DNA of 64,000 nt from positions 7,666-71,665 of the forward strand of contig CAKZYJ010000469.1 of assembly GCA_937884755.1 (NCBI GenBank), read 5' to 3'. Positions 21,507 to 31,395 of the stretch are shown one piece after another; the first letter of the stretch is position 1; each line of letters begins with the position of its first letter. Under the pieces are notes generated by a model. The model had not been told where the DNA came from. It did no database searches and was given only the letters and a program-made list of their open reading frames with translations. The translations under genes and the position numbers were made by a program. The DNA is from an uncultured Flammeovirgaceae bacterium. GTDB lineage: Bacteria > Bacteroidota > Bacteroidia > Cytophagales > Cyclobacteriaceae.

Positions 21507-21582
21507 CTTCCTATACGAAATCCGTTAGCTGCTCACACAATAAACTTTTTACAGACTACTCATAATTACAAACCCTACTATC

Positions 21583-22311
21583 ATGTTTCAAAACAGTGTA
21601 TTAGAGAGTTACGATGGCAGTGATGCTACTTGGGAAATTATCATCATGTTGCTGGTAGCATTTGTATTGGGCTACATTTTACGCTATCTAATTGGACAGG
21701 GAAGTGCTAGCCATCTAAAGGAACTTGAAGCCGAAAATACTCGTCTGACCGGGCGAGTAAAAGAACTAGAGCGTTCGGTGTCAGAAGAGAAGCGGAGTGC
21801 TATCCGACTAACCGAAGAACTAAATGATTGTCGTAAAAATAGCACACCGGCTGAACAGTTAGCCGAACTGGAACAATCCTTGGCCGATATGCGACAGCAA
21901 AATAGCCAACTACAGTCAGAATTGAGCCTGTGCCTAGCTAGCAAAAAAGAAACGGGGGCTAACGAGTCCGAAGTAGTTGAGGAGATCAACCCTCTGATAG
22001 GTATCACCGATAACTCCAGTTCAGTTGTGGTAGAAGCTCCTCCAGTTCCCGATAACCTGAAGATCGTAGAAGGCATTGGGCCTAAAATTGAGGGAATGCT
22101 AAACTCTGAAGGTATTTACACTTTTGCTCAATTGGCCTCAGCTAATAGGCAGCGGTTGCGAGATATAATGGCAACAGAAGGACCTAAGTTCCTAGCAATA
22201 CATGATCCGACAACTTGGCCTAAACAGGCTAAATTTGCTGCTGAAGAGCATTGGGACGATTTGGAAACTTATAAAGGTCAGTTAAAGGGAGGCCGTGAAG
22301 TAGATCGCTAG
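21583..22311 (+). CDS. TM + coiled coil + helix-hairpin-helix (DUF4332-like) protein
   Basis: TM helix IIIMLLVAFVLGYILRYL, a coiled coil, and DNLKIVEGIGPKIE..L...GI.TF.QLA...W..QA. Confidence 0.75.
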   Translation: MFQNSVLESYDGSDATWEIIIMLLVAFVLGYILRYLIGQGSASHLKELEAENTRLTGRVKELERSVSEEKRSAIRLTEELNDCRKNSTPAEQLAELEQSLADMRQQNSQLQSELSLCLASKKETGANESEVVEEINPLIGITDNSSSVVVEAPPVPDNLKIVEGIGPKIEGMLNSEGIYTFAQLASANRQRLRDIMATEGPKFLAIHDPTTWPKQAKFAAEEHWDDLETYKGQLKGGREVDR

Positions 22312-22395
22312 TTTTACCGTGCACTTGACACTATCTGGTTAAGACTGTCAGAGACTATCCGTACGAGACTACCCAGGGAATAATCAGATCACTCT

Positions 22396-23592
22396 GTGCG
22401 TTTAAATCTTATGACATACTGGAAAGTCATTGGGTTGATCTGTTGTTTTCCGGGCTGGTTACCCGCTCAAGTACAAGTAGACACTTCGTTTACCGAAGAT
22501 GTACTGGTCACCGAAGTCTTTCTCCAGTCAGCGCTAAAGGTTACCGCTATTACCTATCGGGGTTCCTACCAGGCACTGGGTTTGTTTAGCAGCGAATCGC
22601 CTGGCTTTCCCATTCCCAAAGGGGTTATCTTATCCACTGGTAAAGCCAGCAGTGCCGTTGGGCCAAACCGGTCACGAGGTCGATCTGCTATCCTTTCTCA
22701 AGATGGTGAAAAAACCCTGGACCGACTAAGCGGACGGAAAACCCACGATGCCGCCGTACTGGAGTTTACTTTCTTCCCTACCCACAACACCATTGCTTTC
22801 GATTATCTGTTTGCTTCCGAAGAATACCCCGAGTATGTCAATAAGGGCTTCAACGACGTTTTTGCCTTTATCCTGACCGATTGGGTGACTAAAAAAGAGC
22901 GTAACCTGGCAGTAGTTCCCGGTACTGATAAGCCGGTGCATATTGATAATATCAATGAAATAAATAATCCGGAATGGTTTACTCCCAACGACCGACGACA
23001 GAATACCTATTACTCAGCGCTGGAATACGACGGGTTGACTAAAATGCTTTCGGTGGAAGCCCGGGTAGTGCCCGATCGTCCGTACCGTATCAAACTAGCT
23101 ATTGCCGATGTAGACGACGGAAAGTTGGATTCGGGAGTGATCTTACGGGCCAATTCTTTCCGCAGCTTCAATCAGCCGATTGATACTCCCCAAGCCACAC
23201 CAGTGATGGTTTACTTCCCGCTCGATAGCAGTGAACTATCTAAATCGGCCCAGGAAGAACTCCGCAACTTCGCCCAGCAGGTACTGGCTGCGTCTCCGTC
23301 TGCCATTCGGGTGATCGGCCATACCGATGCTTTAGGTTCCAATGACTATAATCAGCGGTTATCGCAGCGCCGGGTGCAATCGGTAGTTAATTTTCTGGCC
23401 TCCCAGGGATTGCGGGGAAAGGTAAAACTATATCGCCAAAGCCAGGGTGAATCCCAGCCGATTGCTTCTAACACCAACGAAGTTGGCCGCGCTAGAAACA
23501 GAAGAGTAGAAGATCGTGTTCAATGTAAAATAGGTGACCACATACGGGTTACAGCTCCTCCCACATTAAATACTAACAGTATCAAACACTAG
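22396..23592 (+). CDS. choice-of-anchor L-like domain + OmpA protein; last codons frameshifted
   Basis: Motifs GVILSTG, DAAVLEF, FASEEYPEYV...FNDVFAF and KLAIADV.D...DSGV, then OmpA (IGHTD, NQRLS.RR, RNRRVE). Removing one A at about 23511 gives RVEIVFNVK* ending at 23533. Confidence 0.8.
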   Translation: MRLNLMTYWKVIGLICCFPGWLPAQVQVDTSFTEDVLVTEVFLQSALKVTAITYRGSYQALGLFSSESPGFPIPKGVILSTGKASSAVGPNRSRGRSAILSQDGEKTLDRLSGRKTHDAAVLEFTFFPTHNTIAFDYLFASEEYPEYVNKGFNDVFAFILTDWVTKKERNLAVVPGTDKPVHIDNINEINNPEWFTPNDRRQNTYYSALEYDGLTKMLSVEARVVPDRPYRIKLAIADVDDGKLDSGVILRANSFRSFNQPIDTPQATPVMVYFPLDSSELSKSAQEELRNFAQQVLAASPSAIRVIGHTDALGSNDYNQRLSQRRVQSVVNFLASQGLRGKVKLYRQSQGESQPIASNTNEVGRARNRRVEDRVQCKIGDHIRVTAPPTLNTNSIKH

Positions 23593-23751
23593 AATAGATT
23601 TGAAATGGCACAGTGTAAAATGCCGATAAATAAAGTTATACTCATTATCCATTTTCCGTTAGTGTAGATGGTGATGTTAGAAAGTCCTAAACCAGCTCCT
23701 ATTTGCCCTCTTTTTTCCACTTTTGTATCTTGCTAAAATAACCTATTTGGT

Positions 23752-25461
23752 ATGCATCGTAAGTTTTGGCTAGCCGCCATTTTTTTTACCCTACTCAACG
23801 TATCCAGCCAGGCTGATCCGGTAATCGATAGCTTATTGAACCTGTTACAGCAACACACTACCGCTGATACCACTCGAGTAAACCTGCTTAATGAACTGGG
23901 AGTTGAGTATTGGATAGTCGCCCCTTCAGAATCAGAATATTATGGGCAGCAAGCCCTAGCGTTAGCCGATAGCCTTTCTTACGTTTCAGGTATTGCTTAT
24001 GCTTATGACGTAATTGGGGTAGCTCACTGGACTCAAGGTAAGTATACTACTGCCCTCGATTACCTAATTAATGCCCTAACATCTTATCAACGATTAGGCC
24101 ATACCACCTATGCTGCTAACACTATGTTGAATATTGGGCTAATCTACTACGAGCAGCAGGATTACGAATTAGCTTTACAGTACTATCAGGAAGCCTTAGG
24201 CAGATTTCGTACTATTAATGAACCAACTAGTATTGCCACTGCCCTCCATAACATTGGTAGCGTATACCTCCAACTGACCGATTATACCCGTGCTGACTCC
24301 AGTTTCATGCAGGCGCTAAACATTTACCGGGAAAATCAATCCCAGTATGGCTTGTCGATATCTTATACTAGTCTGGGCGATTTAAGTTTTATTACCACTA
24401 ACTATACCCAAGCTTTATCATACTATCAACAATCGTTGGATATAAGTCGACAGTTAGGGGACGCAGATGGAGTGGCCACCCTTTTGTACAGAATTGGCAA
24501 AACCTATCGGCAGCAGCAACAGTATGATTTAGCCGAGCAGTACTTAAATGAGGGCATTGATGCTGCCCAACAAATAAACGATCAAAAACAGCTACAAGAT
24601 ATTTACTTAGAATTCAAAGAGCTAGAAAATGCCCGAGGCAATTTTCGGCAGGCTATTGCTTACTACGAACAATACGTAGCTGTAAAAGACAGCCTTTTCA
24701 ATGAAGAAAAATCCCGACAGATAGCAGAGCTCCAAACGGTGTACGAAACTCAGCAGAAAGAACAAGAGATTGCGCTACAAAACGAGCGAATCCAAACTCT
24801 GAATCAGAAAGCCCGAATAGACAGTATACTACGCTATGGTCTAATCTTCTGCGTTCTGGTGCTTGGTGCTCTCGCCTACCTAATCCTGAGTCGCCAGCGG
24901 CTGCGGATCAAAAAGAACAAGGAAATTTATTCGGCCCAACAGGCATTAACCCGAGCTGAACTGGAAAATGCCAAATTGAAGGAGGCTGAACTCTCGCAAG
25001 AACTTACGTTTAAGAGCAAGGAGCTAACCTCATATACGGTCAATTTTATACAAAAGAGCGAGCTTTTTGAAGAATTAAAGACAGAACTTAAGCAACTTAG
25101 GAAAGCCCGTCCGGATGAAGTAGGTAAAAAGATTAATAGCCTGACTCGTTTGGTAGATCAGCATACCAATATTGACCGAGACTGGGAAGAGTTTAGACGG
25201 TTTTTTGAGGACGTTCATCATGATTTCTTAGAGAAGCTCCGAGATAACTATCCCGATCTTACTCAGGGCGAGTTAAAGTTATGCGCTCTACTGAAGCTTA
25301 AAATGAATATGAAAGAAGCTGCTAGTATTCTAGGTATCTCTCCGGAGAGCGTAAAGACCGCCCGCTACCGATTACGAAAAAAGCTCGGACTTAATAAAGA
25401 AGATGATCTCGTTGATTTCATGCAAAACTTTGAAGCTTCCGACTCCGCTTCTGTCACATAA
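23752..25461 (+). CDS. TPR-repeat membrane sensor with a C-terminal LuxR-like HTH
   Basis: Signal peptide, several TPR repeats, a TM helix, then LT.GE.KLCALLKL.M..KE.A.ILGISPESVKTARYRLRKKL. Confidence 0.85.
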   Translation: MHRKFWLAAIFFTLLNVSSQADPVIDSLLNLLQQHTTADTTRVNLLNELGVEYWIVAPSESEYYGQQALALADSLSYVSGIAYAYDVIGVAHWTQGKYTTALDYLINALTSYQRLGHTTYAANTMLNIGLIYYEQQDYELALQYYQEALGRFRTINEPTSIATALHNIGSVYLQLTDYTRADSSFMQALNIYRENQSQYGLSISYTSLGDLSFITTNYTQALSYYQQSLDISRQLGDADGVATLLYRIGKTYRQQQQYDLAEQYLNEGIDAAQQINDQKQLQDIYLEFKELENARGNFRQAIAYYEQYVAVKDSLFNEEKSRQIAELQTVYETQQKEQEIALQNERIQTLNQKARIDSILRYGLIFCVLVLGALAYLILSRQRLRIKKNKEIYSAQQALTRAELENAKLKEAELSQELTFKSKELTSYTVNFIQKSELFEELKTELKQLRKARPDEVGKKINSLTRLVDQHTNIDRDWEEFRRFFEDVHHDFLEKLRDNYPDLTQGELKLCALLKLKMNMKEAASILGISPESVKTARYRLRKKLGLNKEDDLVDFMQNFEASDSASVT

Positions 25462-25581
25462 TTTTTTCGTGCTAATGATCGGGCACTAGTACCTTGCTTA
25501 TAACTGACCGTTTGGGAATGTATACCTGTTTTTGTGGCCTATACACGACCAATACCTACCTTTTGTTGTTTTCTTGCCTTT

Positions 25582-25601
25582 TGTACACCTCATGTCTACC
25601 T
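25582..25601 (+). promoter_or_regulatory. candidate operator (11-bp-period direct repeat)
   Basis: tGTACACCtca-tGTCTACCt, with a third similar copy TGTATACCT at 25519-25527. Confidence 0.3.
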
Positions 25602-25693
25602 CTAAAATTAGCTCGTTATCACCTTTGCTCGTTACATTTGTATCAATCGCTAGCTGATAGATGTATTTATTTTTCACTAACAAAAAATTAACA

Positions 25694-26488
25694 ATGAAAA
25701 CTCAGCAATATCTAACCCTTTTTGTAGCCATTGTCGGTGGCTTTCTTATCTCTTGTCAAGATGATGACACTAGTGATGGCCTGGTTACTCCTCAGATACA
25801 ACTGGCCGTCAGTGATACTTTCGGGCAGTATTTAACTGACCAGAATGGCCACACACTTTATTTCTTTACGCAGGATGTAAACGGTAATAGCGTTTGTAAC
25901 GATGGTTGTACCGGGGCCTGGCCGGTTTTCTTTACGGAAACACTTACCGTAGAGGAAGGTCTTGAGACGACTGATTTCGGTACCATTACCCGGGAGGATG
26001 GCGAACGCCAAAGCACGTATAAAGGTTGGCCACTGTACCGCTTTCAGGGCGATAGCCAACCGAACGAAATCAACGGCGATGGGCAGAATAACCACTGGTT
26101 TGTCGCTAAGCCCGATTACAGTGTGATGTTAGCCCATCAGGTAGTGGAAGGCTTAGGCGACACTTTGAGCGAGTATATTGTTGATCCGAGAGGCAGAACG
26201 CTCTACTACCACGTTCCGGATGAAAAGGACGTTAGCAACTGCGGTACCGGATGTATTGAGGAGCGACCCTCGTTTTTTGTGGGCGAAGACATGATATTAC
26301 CTTCTGGTCTGGGAGCCGATGAATTTAGGGTAATTATCCGGGATGACGGTATCACGCAAAGCACCTATAAGCAACGCGCTATGTACCGCTATGTTTTTGA
26401 CGACATCCGTGGTACAACATTGAGTCGTAAAGCAATATTCCCGGAGTGGACCATTGCCCGGGTTTCCTGGATTAGGCCGAGGGGGTAA
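25694..26488 (+). CDS. secreted repeat lipoprotein (Lipoprotein_15 / COG4315, Yx(F/W/Y)xxD)
   Basis: Lipobox LISC; two copies of G.TLY.F..D...S.C..GC...WP and Q.TYKG.PLY.F..D. Confidence 0.85.
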   Translation: MKTQQYLTLFVAIVGGFLISCQDDDTSDGLVTPQIQLAVSDTFGQYLTDQNGHTLYFFTQDVNGNSVCNDGCTGAWPVFFTETLTVEEGLETTDFGTITREDGERQSTYKGWPLYRFQGDSQPNEINGDGQNNHWFVAKPDYSVMLAHQVVEGLGDTLSEYIVDPRGRTLYYHVPDEKDVSNCGTGCIEERPSFFVGEDMILPSGLGADEFRVIIRDDGITQSTYKQRAMYRYVFDDIRGTTLSRKAIFPEWTIARVSWIRPRG

Positions 26489-26515
26489 AATAAGTGAATC
26501 CAAACTATTTTTCTT

Positions 26516-26546
26516 ATCCTGAGTAGCGAATACTCAGGATTTTTTA
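26516..26546 (+). terminator. intrinsic terminator
   Basis: Perfect 10-bp stem ATCCTGAGTA-gcgaa-TACTCAGGAT followed by a T run. Confidence 0.8.
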
Positions 26547-26684
26547 TTTAGCCTGATAAGTTTCTGATAAAAGCCTGCTACAAACCGCATTTCACTACTG
26601 TATTGGAACTGTTCGTCCAGTAAGAGTAAACTTAGTAGTAGTTTTTAGTTAGCGCCTTAGCTATTTTAGTCCTCAAAATAGCTG

Positions 26685-27644
26685 ATGCATCTCTATATCA
26701 TTATCCTCTTACTTCTTCTTTCCGCCTGCCAGCCAGCAACTTCAGTGTTGTCAGGGAAAGTTATTTGCTTAGATGCTGGGCATGGTGGTACGGCTGCTAC
26801 GGATACCTACCGGGTGGGCCCCACCGGTGAGCGGGAAGAGTGGATCAATCTACGCGTAGCCAAGCATCTGAAAGAGCTCCTCAAAGCAGAACACGCCTTG
26901 GTGATGATGACCCGCACTACCGATACTGCCGTCAGCCTGTCAGAACGAGCTGAACTAGCTAAAGCCCAGGGAGCGGACGTATTTCTTTCCATCCACCACA
27001 ACGCTACGGCTGATTCCAGCGTCAATTTTCCCATTGTATACTACCACGGTAACGCTTCGGAAAATCAGGCCAGTGTGCGCTTAGGCGAGTTAGTAATTCG
27101 CCAATTGCGAGCCGCTTTGTTCAACGATAGTGTTGCAATGAGCTTGGTTTCTGATCATACCATTTTTCCCAAAAGCGGTACAGCGGTACTGCGTGGCACC
27201 TACGGTATTCCGGCCATCATTGGGGAAGCTACTTTTTTTACCAACCCCACTGAGGAGCAAAAACTAAAATCCGAGGCCTATAACCGACGAGAGGCCGAAG
27301 CTTACCGTGATGCGCTACGAGAATTTTTTGCGGAACCAATACCTCTGGTGCAGGAAAAGAAAGTCAGAGTTCCTCCTTTTACCGTTTTACAGGAGGCCGA
27401 GCGGATGCGACCCGAGGCTTTGGCCTGGCGGGAGAATTTTGAGCGAGGCGAGAAGCAGTTTGAGAAGCAGGATTGGCCAACCGCTTACGACTATTTTACC
27501 CAGAGTGCTCGTTCTTTTCCCGATTCCTACCTGGCGCGCGAAGTTCATCACTACCGAGCCCTGATTTTAGAGAAAATGGATAGCCTCGAAGCTGCTGGCA
27601 TTGCACAGCAAAGGGTAAATGAGTATTATGTGCCAGTTAAATAA
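26685..27644 (+). CDS. N-acetylmuramoyl-L-alanine amidase (Amidase_3) lipoprotein with C-terminal TPR-like helices
   Basis: Lipobox LSAC; motifs CLDAGHGG, E..INL, FLSIHHNA and IIGE. Confidence 0.88.
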   Translation: MHLYIIILLLLLSACQPATSVLSGKVICLDAGHGGTAATDTYRVGPTGEREEWINLRVAKHLKELLKAEHALVMMTRTTDTAVSLSERAELAKAQGADVFLSIHHNATADSSVNFPIVYYHGNASENQASVRLGELVIRQLRAALFNDSVAMSLVSDHTIFPKSGTAVLRGTYGIPAIIGEATFFTNPTEEQKLKSEAYNRREAEAYRDALREFFAEPIPLVQEKKVRVPPFTVLQEAERMRPEALAWRENFERGEKQFEKQDWPTAYDYFTQSARSFPDSYLAREVHHYRALILEKMDSLEAAGIAQQRVNEYYVPVK

Positions 27645-27659
27645 CTACCTCAATAACCT

Positions 27660-29093
27660 ATGCACCACCTAACGCTACTGGGGCTACTGCTCATCAGTTT
27701 CTCACTTTCGGCTCAGACAATTTACACCGGTCAGGGCATTATGGCCGGAGAAGTAACCGCCTATTCAGTCATCCTGCAAACCCGACTTACTGCCAGTGAT
27801 ACCCTGGTAGACTACGAACTACCTGGAGCCGACGGAGTCGCCTGCTTTGAAGTAGCTACCGACTCGGCCTTCAACAATCCGTTCCGAACCACCTGGCAAC
27901 CGGCCCTTCCCGATTACGACTATATCGTGAAGATTCAGGTATCGGGCTTACAGCCCAACCGGCGGTACTACTACCGGGCTTTGTACGGAGCTGATGCTCA
28001 GCAACCAGAAACTTCTGTGACCGGCACATTTCGCACGCTAGCCGATACGGCTGAGGTAGACTCGGTAAGCTTGGTGGTAGTAACGGGCATGAACTACCGC
28101 CGCTTTCACTACGGCAGAAGAAACAACGACAGCGTAGGCTATCAAGGGGCAGACAAGGATTTAGGTTACCCGGCAGTGGCCACAATTACCCGAATGCAGC
28201 CGGACTTTTTTGTGGGTACCGGCGACAATGTCTACTACGACCATCCGCCTCCGGGACGAGATACCGCGGTTACCGAATCGGTAATGCGGCAGCACTGGCA
28301 CTGGCAGTTCTCTCAGCCTCGCTACCATCAGATGTTTGCGAAAATCCCTACCTATTGGGAAAAAGACGACCACGACTACCGCTGGAACGATGCCGATACC
28401 GCTTCGGCTCTAGGAGTTGACCATGCTACGGGTATTAAAATATTTAACGAGCAGGTACCCATTGTTGACCCCAACGAGGTAAATCCAGTTACCTACCGTA
28501 CGCATCGGCTGAGTCGTGACCTGCAAATCTGGCTGGTAGAAAACCGAGATTATCGTAGCCCCAACCTGTCGCCCGATACGGTAGGTAAAACCATCTGGGG
28601 CAAAGAGCAGCGGGAGTGGCTGCAACGAACGCTACTGGAGAGTGATGCCACCTACAAAATCCTCATCAGTCCTACTCCGATGGTGGGGCCGGATGACGCT
28701 TACAAAAAAGACAACCACACCAACCCCGGCGGCTTCCGCTACGAACGAGACTTGTTTTTAGACTGGTTAAACGACAACGATCTGCTATCCGAAAACTTCT
28801 ACATTATTTGCGGTGACCGTCACTGGCAGTACCACGCCATTGACCCTAGCGGAGTGGAAGAGTTTTCTACCGGAGCACTGGTAGATGGCAATTCCCGCCT
28901 GGGCCGCAAAGCGGGTGATCCTAACTCCACCGATCCTGAAGGACTTATTCAGCAGCCCTACCTGCAGCCCAAAGCTTCGGGAGGTTTTCTGAAGCTTACC
29001 GTAGCCGCCCAATCAGAAGGAGCCACCGCTACCTTCACTTTCTACGATGAAAACGGAGTGGTCTTATATGAGCATCAGAAAGAAGCGAGATGA
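27660..29093 (+). CDS. PhoD-family alkaline phosphatase-like metallophosphoesterase
   Basis: PhoD_N domain (GIMAGEVT..SVILQTR), then GTGDNVYYD, DDHDY, ENRDYRS, WGKEQREWL and CGDRH. Confidence 0.88.
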   Translation: MHHLTLLGLLLISFSLSAQTIYTGQGIMAGEVTAYSVILQTRLTASDTLVDYELPGADGVACFEVATDSAFNNPFRTTWQPALPDYDYIVKIQVSGLQPNRRYYYRALYGADAQQPETSVTGTFRTLADTAEVDSVSLVVVTGMNYRRFHYGRRNNDSVGYQGADKDLGYPAVATITRMQPDFFVGTGDNVYYDHPPPGRDTAVTESVMRQHWHWQFSQPRYHQMFAKIPTYWEKDDHDYRWNDADTASALGVDHATGIKIFNEQVPIVDPNEVNPVTYRTHRLSRDLQIWLVENRDYRSPNLSPDTVGKTIWGKEQREWLQRTLLESDATYKILISPTPMVGPDDAYKKDNHTNPGGFRYERDLFLDWLNDNDLLSENFYIICGDRHWQYHAIDPSGVEEFSTGALVDGNSRLGRKAGDPNSTDPEGLIQQPYLQPKASGGFLKLTVAAQSEGATATFTFYDENGVVLYEHQKEAR

Positions 29094-29190
29094 ACACTAT
29101 AACGAGTGATAAGTCTGATTGTAGTGGAAGTATTCATTGTCGTTCTATTTACTCTGATGGATAAATAAACCCTTGACTAAATCGTTATGG
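29094..29190. repeat. attC-like imperfect inverted repeat
   Basis: ACTATAAC-GAGTGATAAGTC ... GACTAAATC-GTTATGG between the PhoD and FGE genes. Confidence 0.25.
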
Positions 29191-29214
29191 ATAAGTCAAT
29201 ACTCATGACTTACT

Positions 29215-30132
29215 ATGACTCGATTATATACGCTTTTCTCGCTAATCTTCTGGGGAATATTGGTTCATGAGGGGTTTTCTCAGAGGGCACAAAGCGCAAT
29301 AACTAACAAACTGATCTGGGTAAAGGGTGGTGAGTTCACTATGGGTAATCCTGTAGATCATTATTTGTACTATTCTCAAAGACCTTTGCATCAAGTAACC
29401 ATAGATGATTTTTATATTCACGAACATGAAGTGACTAACGAGGAATTTCTAGAGTTTTTAAAAGCTCATCAGGAAGTTCTGCACCCAGATACCACAGATC
29501 GGATAGATTCTACAACTGTAGGGTTACGCTACAAGCAAGATATTCTGATAGAGGTGATACTTTCCTTAGACTCCGATCTAATGGGCGGTCTACGATTCCA
29601 GCCTAATGCGGCACCAGATAAACAGTTTACTTTAATAGAAGGACGAGAGCAGCATCCTGTAACGTACGTGACTTGGTATGGAGCTAAAGCTTACTGCCGA
29701 TGGCGCTATCGTACAGGAAATCTTCCCAGCGAAGCTCAATGGGAATATGCCGCCCGAGGAGGACAGTTAGGGTTAAGCGACCTTTACCGCTACGCTGGAA
29801 GTGATAGCCTCCCTGAAGTGGGTTGGTATCGTGAAAATGCAAATTTTAGATTTCACTCCGTAGGTAAGAAGCATCCAAATCAACTTGGGTTATACGACAT
29901 GAGCGGAAATGTATGGGAGTGGATACTAGATCATTGGCATGAGAATTATGTCGGTGCACCAGCGAATGATCGTGCCCGAATAAAGAGGTTTGCCAAAAGA
30001 GACCATAACCGAGTGCTTCGCGGTGGTGCTTGGCTTTATCGTGCTAGTCGAGCCAGTATTACCCATCGGTGGAGTGACGTACCAGATGATCGGCATGCAT
30101 ACAAAGGATTTCGTTGCGTATGCAAGAAGTAA
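29215..30132 (+). CDS. formylglycine-generating enzyme (FGE-sulfatase/SUMF1) family protein
   Basis: Motifs GGEFTMG, HEVTNEEF, HPVTYVTW.GA.AYC.W, LPSEAQWEYAARGG, GLYDMSGNVWEW and GFRC. Confidence 0.92.
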   Translation: MTRLYTLFSLIFWGILVHEGFSQRAQSAITNKLIWVKGGEFTMGNPVDHYLYYSQRPLHQVTIDDFYIHEHEVTNEEFLEFLKAHQEVLHPDTTDRIDSTTVGLRYKQDILIEVILSLDSDLMGGLRFQPNAAPDKQFTLIEGREQHPVTYVTWYGAKAYCRWRYRTGNLPSEAQWEYAARGGQLGLSDLYRYAGSDSLPEVGWYRENANFRFHSVGKKHPNQLGLYDMSGNVWEWILDHWHENYVGAPANDRARIKRFAKRDHNRVLRGGAWLYRASRASITHRWSDVPDDRHAYKGFRCVCKK

Positions 30133-30133
30133 A

Positions 30134-30679
30134 TCAGTGGGCTAGCTGAAACAAGTATTCGTCGAGTTGGCGGATATGCTTTAGCCATCGGCCAACTTCT
30201 ACTACGGTGCGGATACCAATACTTACTATCAGTAGTGCCACTAAAAGTCCGATTTTTTCTGAGGTGAAAGGTGTTCGGAAAAAGAAGAATAAAAACACGC
30301 TACCAAAGAACATCGAGGAGAATACGACCGAAAAAATGATTTGCCCTTGTAGCCTTTTTTTATGCCTAAATAGTGAAGTCCTCAGATCGAGGTTAGGAAT
30401 GGTAGCTGAAAGTCCCCGATAGAGCCATAGATTATTAGCAATTCCCAGAATTACCACCACTATCAGCAGAGCATTGACCCAGGTTTCATTGCGCTCAGAG
30501 TCGAGGCCTGTCATGAATATCAGGATAAGTGCGGTGAAGGCTACGGTTTCGATTATAACTTTCAGTTTGGTACGAAAGAAAACTGAAGAAGCCTTGTTCG
30601 AGATAATCTGCTCAACTTCGGCATTGCTTTTCTGATCATAAGGCTGTTGCCATTCTGATTTTAGTTCATCCAGTGTCAT
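30134..30679 (-). CDS. 4-TM putative anti-sigma factor
   Basis: Begins MTLDELKSEWQ, has four hydrophobic helices, and overlaps the end of the upstream ECF sigma. Confidence 0.7.
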   Translation of the reverse strand: MTLDELKSEWQQPYDQKSNAEVEQIISNKASSVFFRTKLKVIIETVAFTALILIFMTGLDSERNETWVNALLIVVVILGIANNLWLYRGLSATIPNLDLRTSLFRHKKRLQGQIIFSVVFSSMFFGSVFLFFFFRTPFTSEKIGLLVALLIVSIGIRTVVEVGRWLKHIRQLDEYLFQLAH

Positions 30680-31157
30680 AAGTACGGGGGTTTAGAAGGT
30701 TCATTAATTTTTCTTTGATGCGGTGTAGTTTCACTCCTACTTGGCTGACAGATATGCCTAGCATATCCGCAATTTCTTCGTAACGATAGTCGTCCAAGTA
30801 CAGCGTAATAATTGCCTTATCGGCTTCGCTCAGAGTAGCTATAGCCCGGTACAAACGCTCGCGTTCAGGGTGTTCCGGAGTTTCCGTTGCATTAGTTTCT
30901 GTAGAGGCAATAGGCTCAGTAATAATCTGTCTCTTACGGTATCTGGTGAGTGCTGTATTTAAAGCTACTCTATAAATCCAAGTTGTTATTTTCGCTTGCT
31001 TCTGATAAGTAGGATACGACTTCCATAGCTGATAAATCATCTCCTGAAAGAGGTCTTCCCGATCTTCGGGCGTATCCCGATAGATCCGACATATTTTATG
31101 CAGGATGTTCTGGTTCGCTAGAATGATGGAGGTAAACTCTTCTTTCAGTGAAGTCAT
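30666..31157 (-). CDS. ECF RNA polymerase sigma factor
   Basis: Motifs EDLFQE, TWIYRVALNTA and EEIADMLGISVSQVGVKLHRIK. Confidence 0.93.
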   Translation of the reverse strand: MTSLKEEFTSIILANQNILHKICRIYRDTPEDREDLFQEMIYQLWKSYPTYQKQAKITTWIYRVALNTALTRYRKRQIITEPIASTETNATETPEHPERERLYRAIATLSEADKAIITLYLDDYRYEEIADMLGISVSQVGVKLHRIKEKLMNLLNPRTYDTG

Positions 31158-31167
31158 TTACCCAATA

Positions 31168-31195
31168 AGTTGCGATTAAGAATCGGTTTATTACA
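31168..31195 (-). promoter_or_regulatory. candidate ECF autoregulatory promoter
   Basis: The minus strand reads TGTAATAAA-N-GCAACT-TATTGGG just upstream of the sigma ATG; similar motifs precede the other two sigma genes. Confidence 0.35.
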
Positions 31196-31395
31196 GAAGA
31201 AGTATATTTTTTCGGTGACCGTTTTCTATACCTCTTACTACCTCACGCGTCACCCTGTCATTAGTCATCTTTTTGGTTGATCTTTATCAACTTGCTGCTT
31301 GATGAATATCACTGTTCTTCTGAGGTAGTTAGCTTACTTTCAACCTAAGCACAGATGTGCTAAACAGCACCTGATGCTCGACTAAAAAACCTGCC

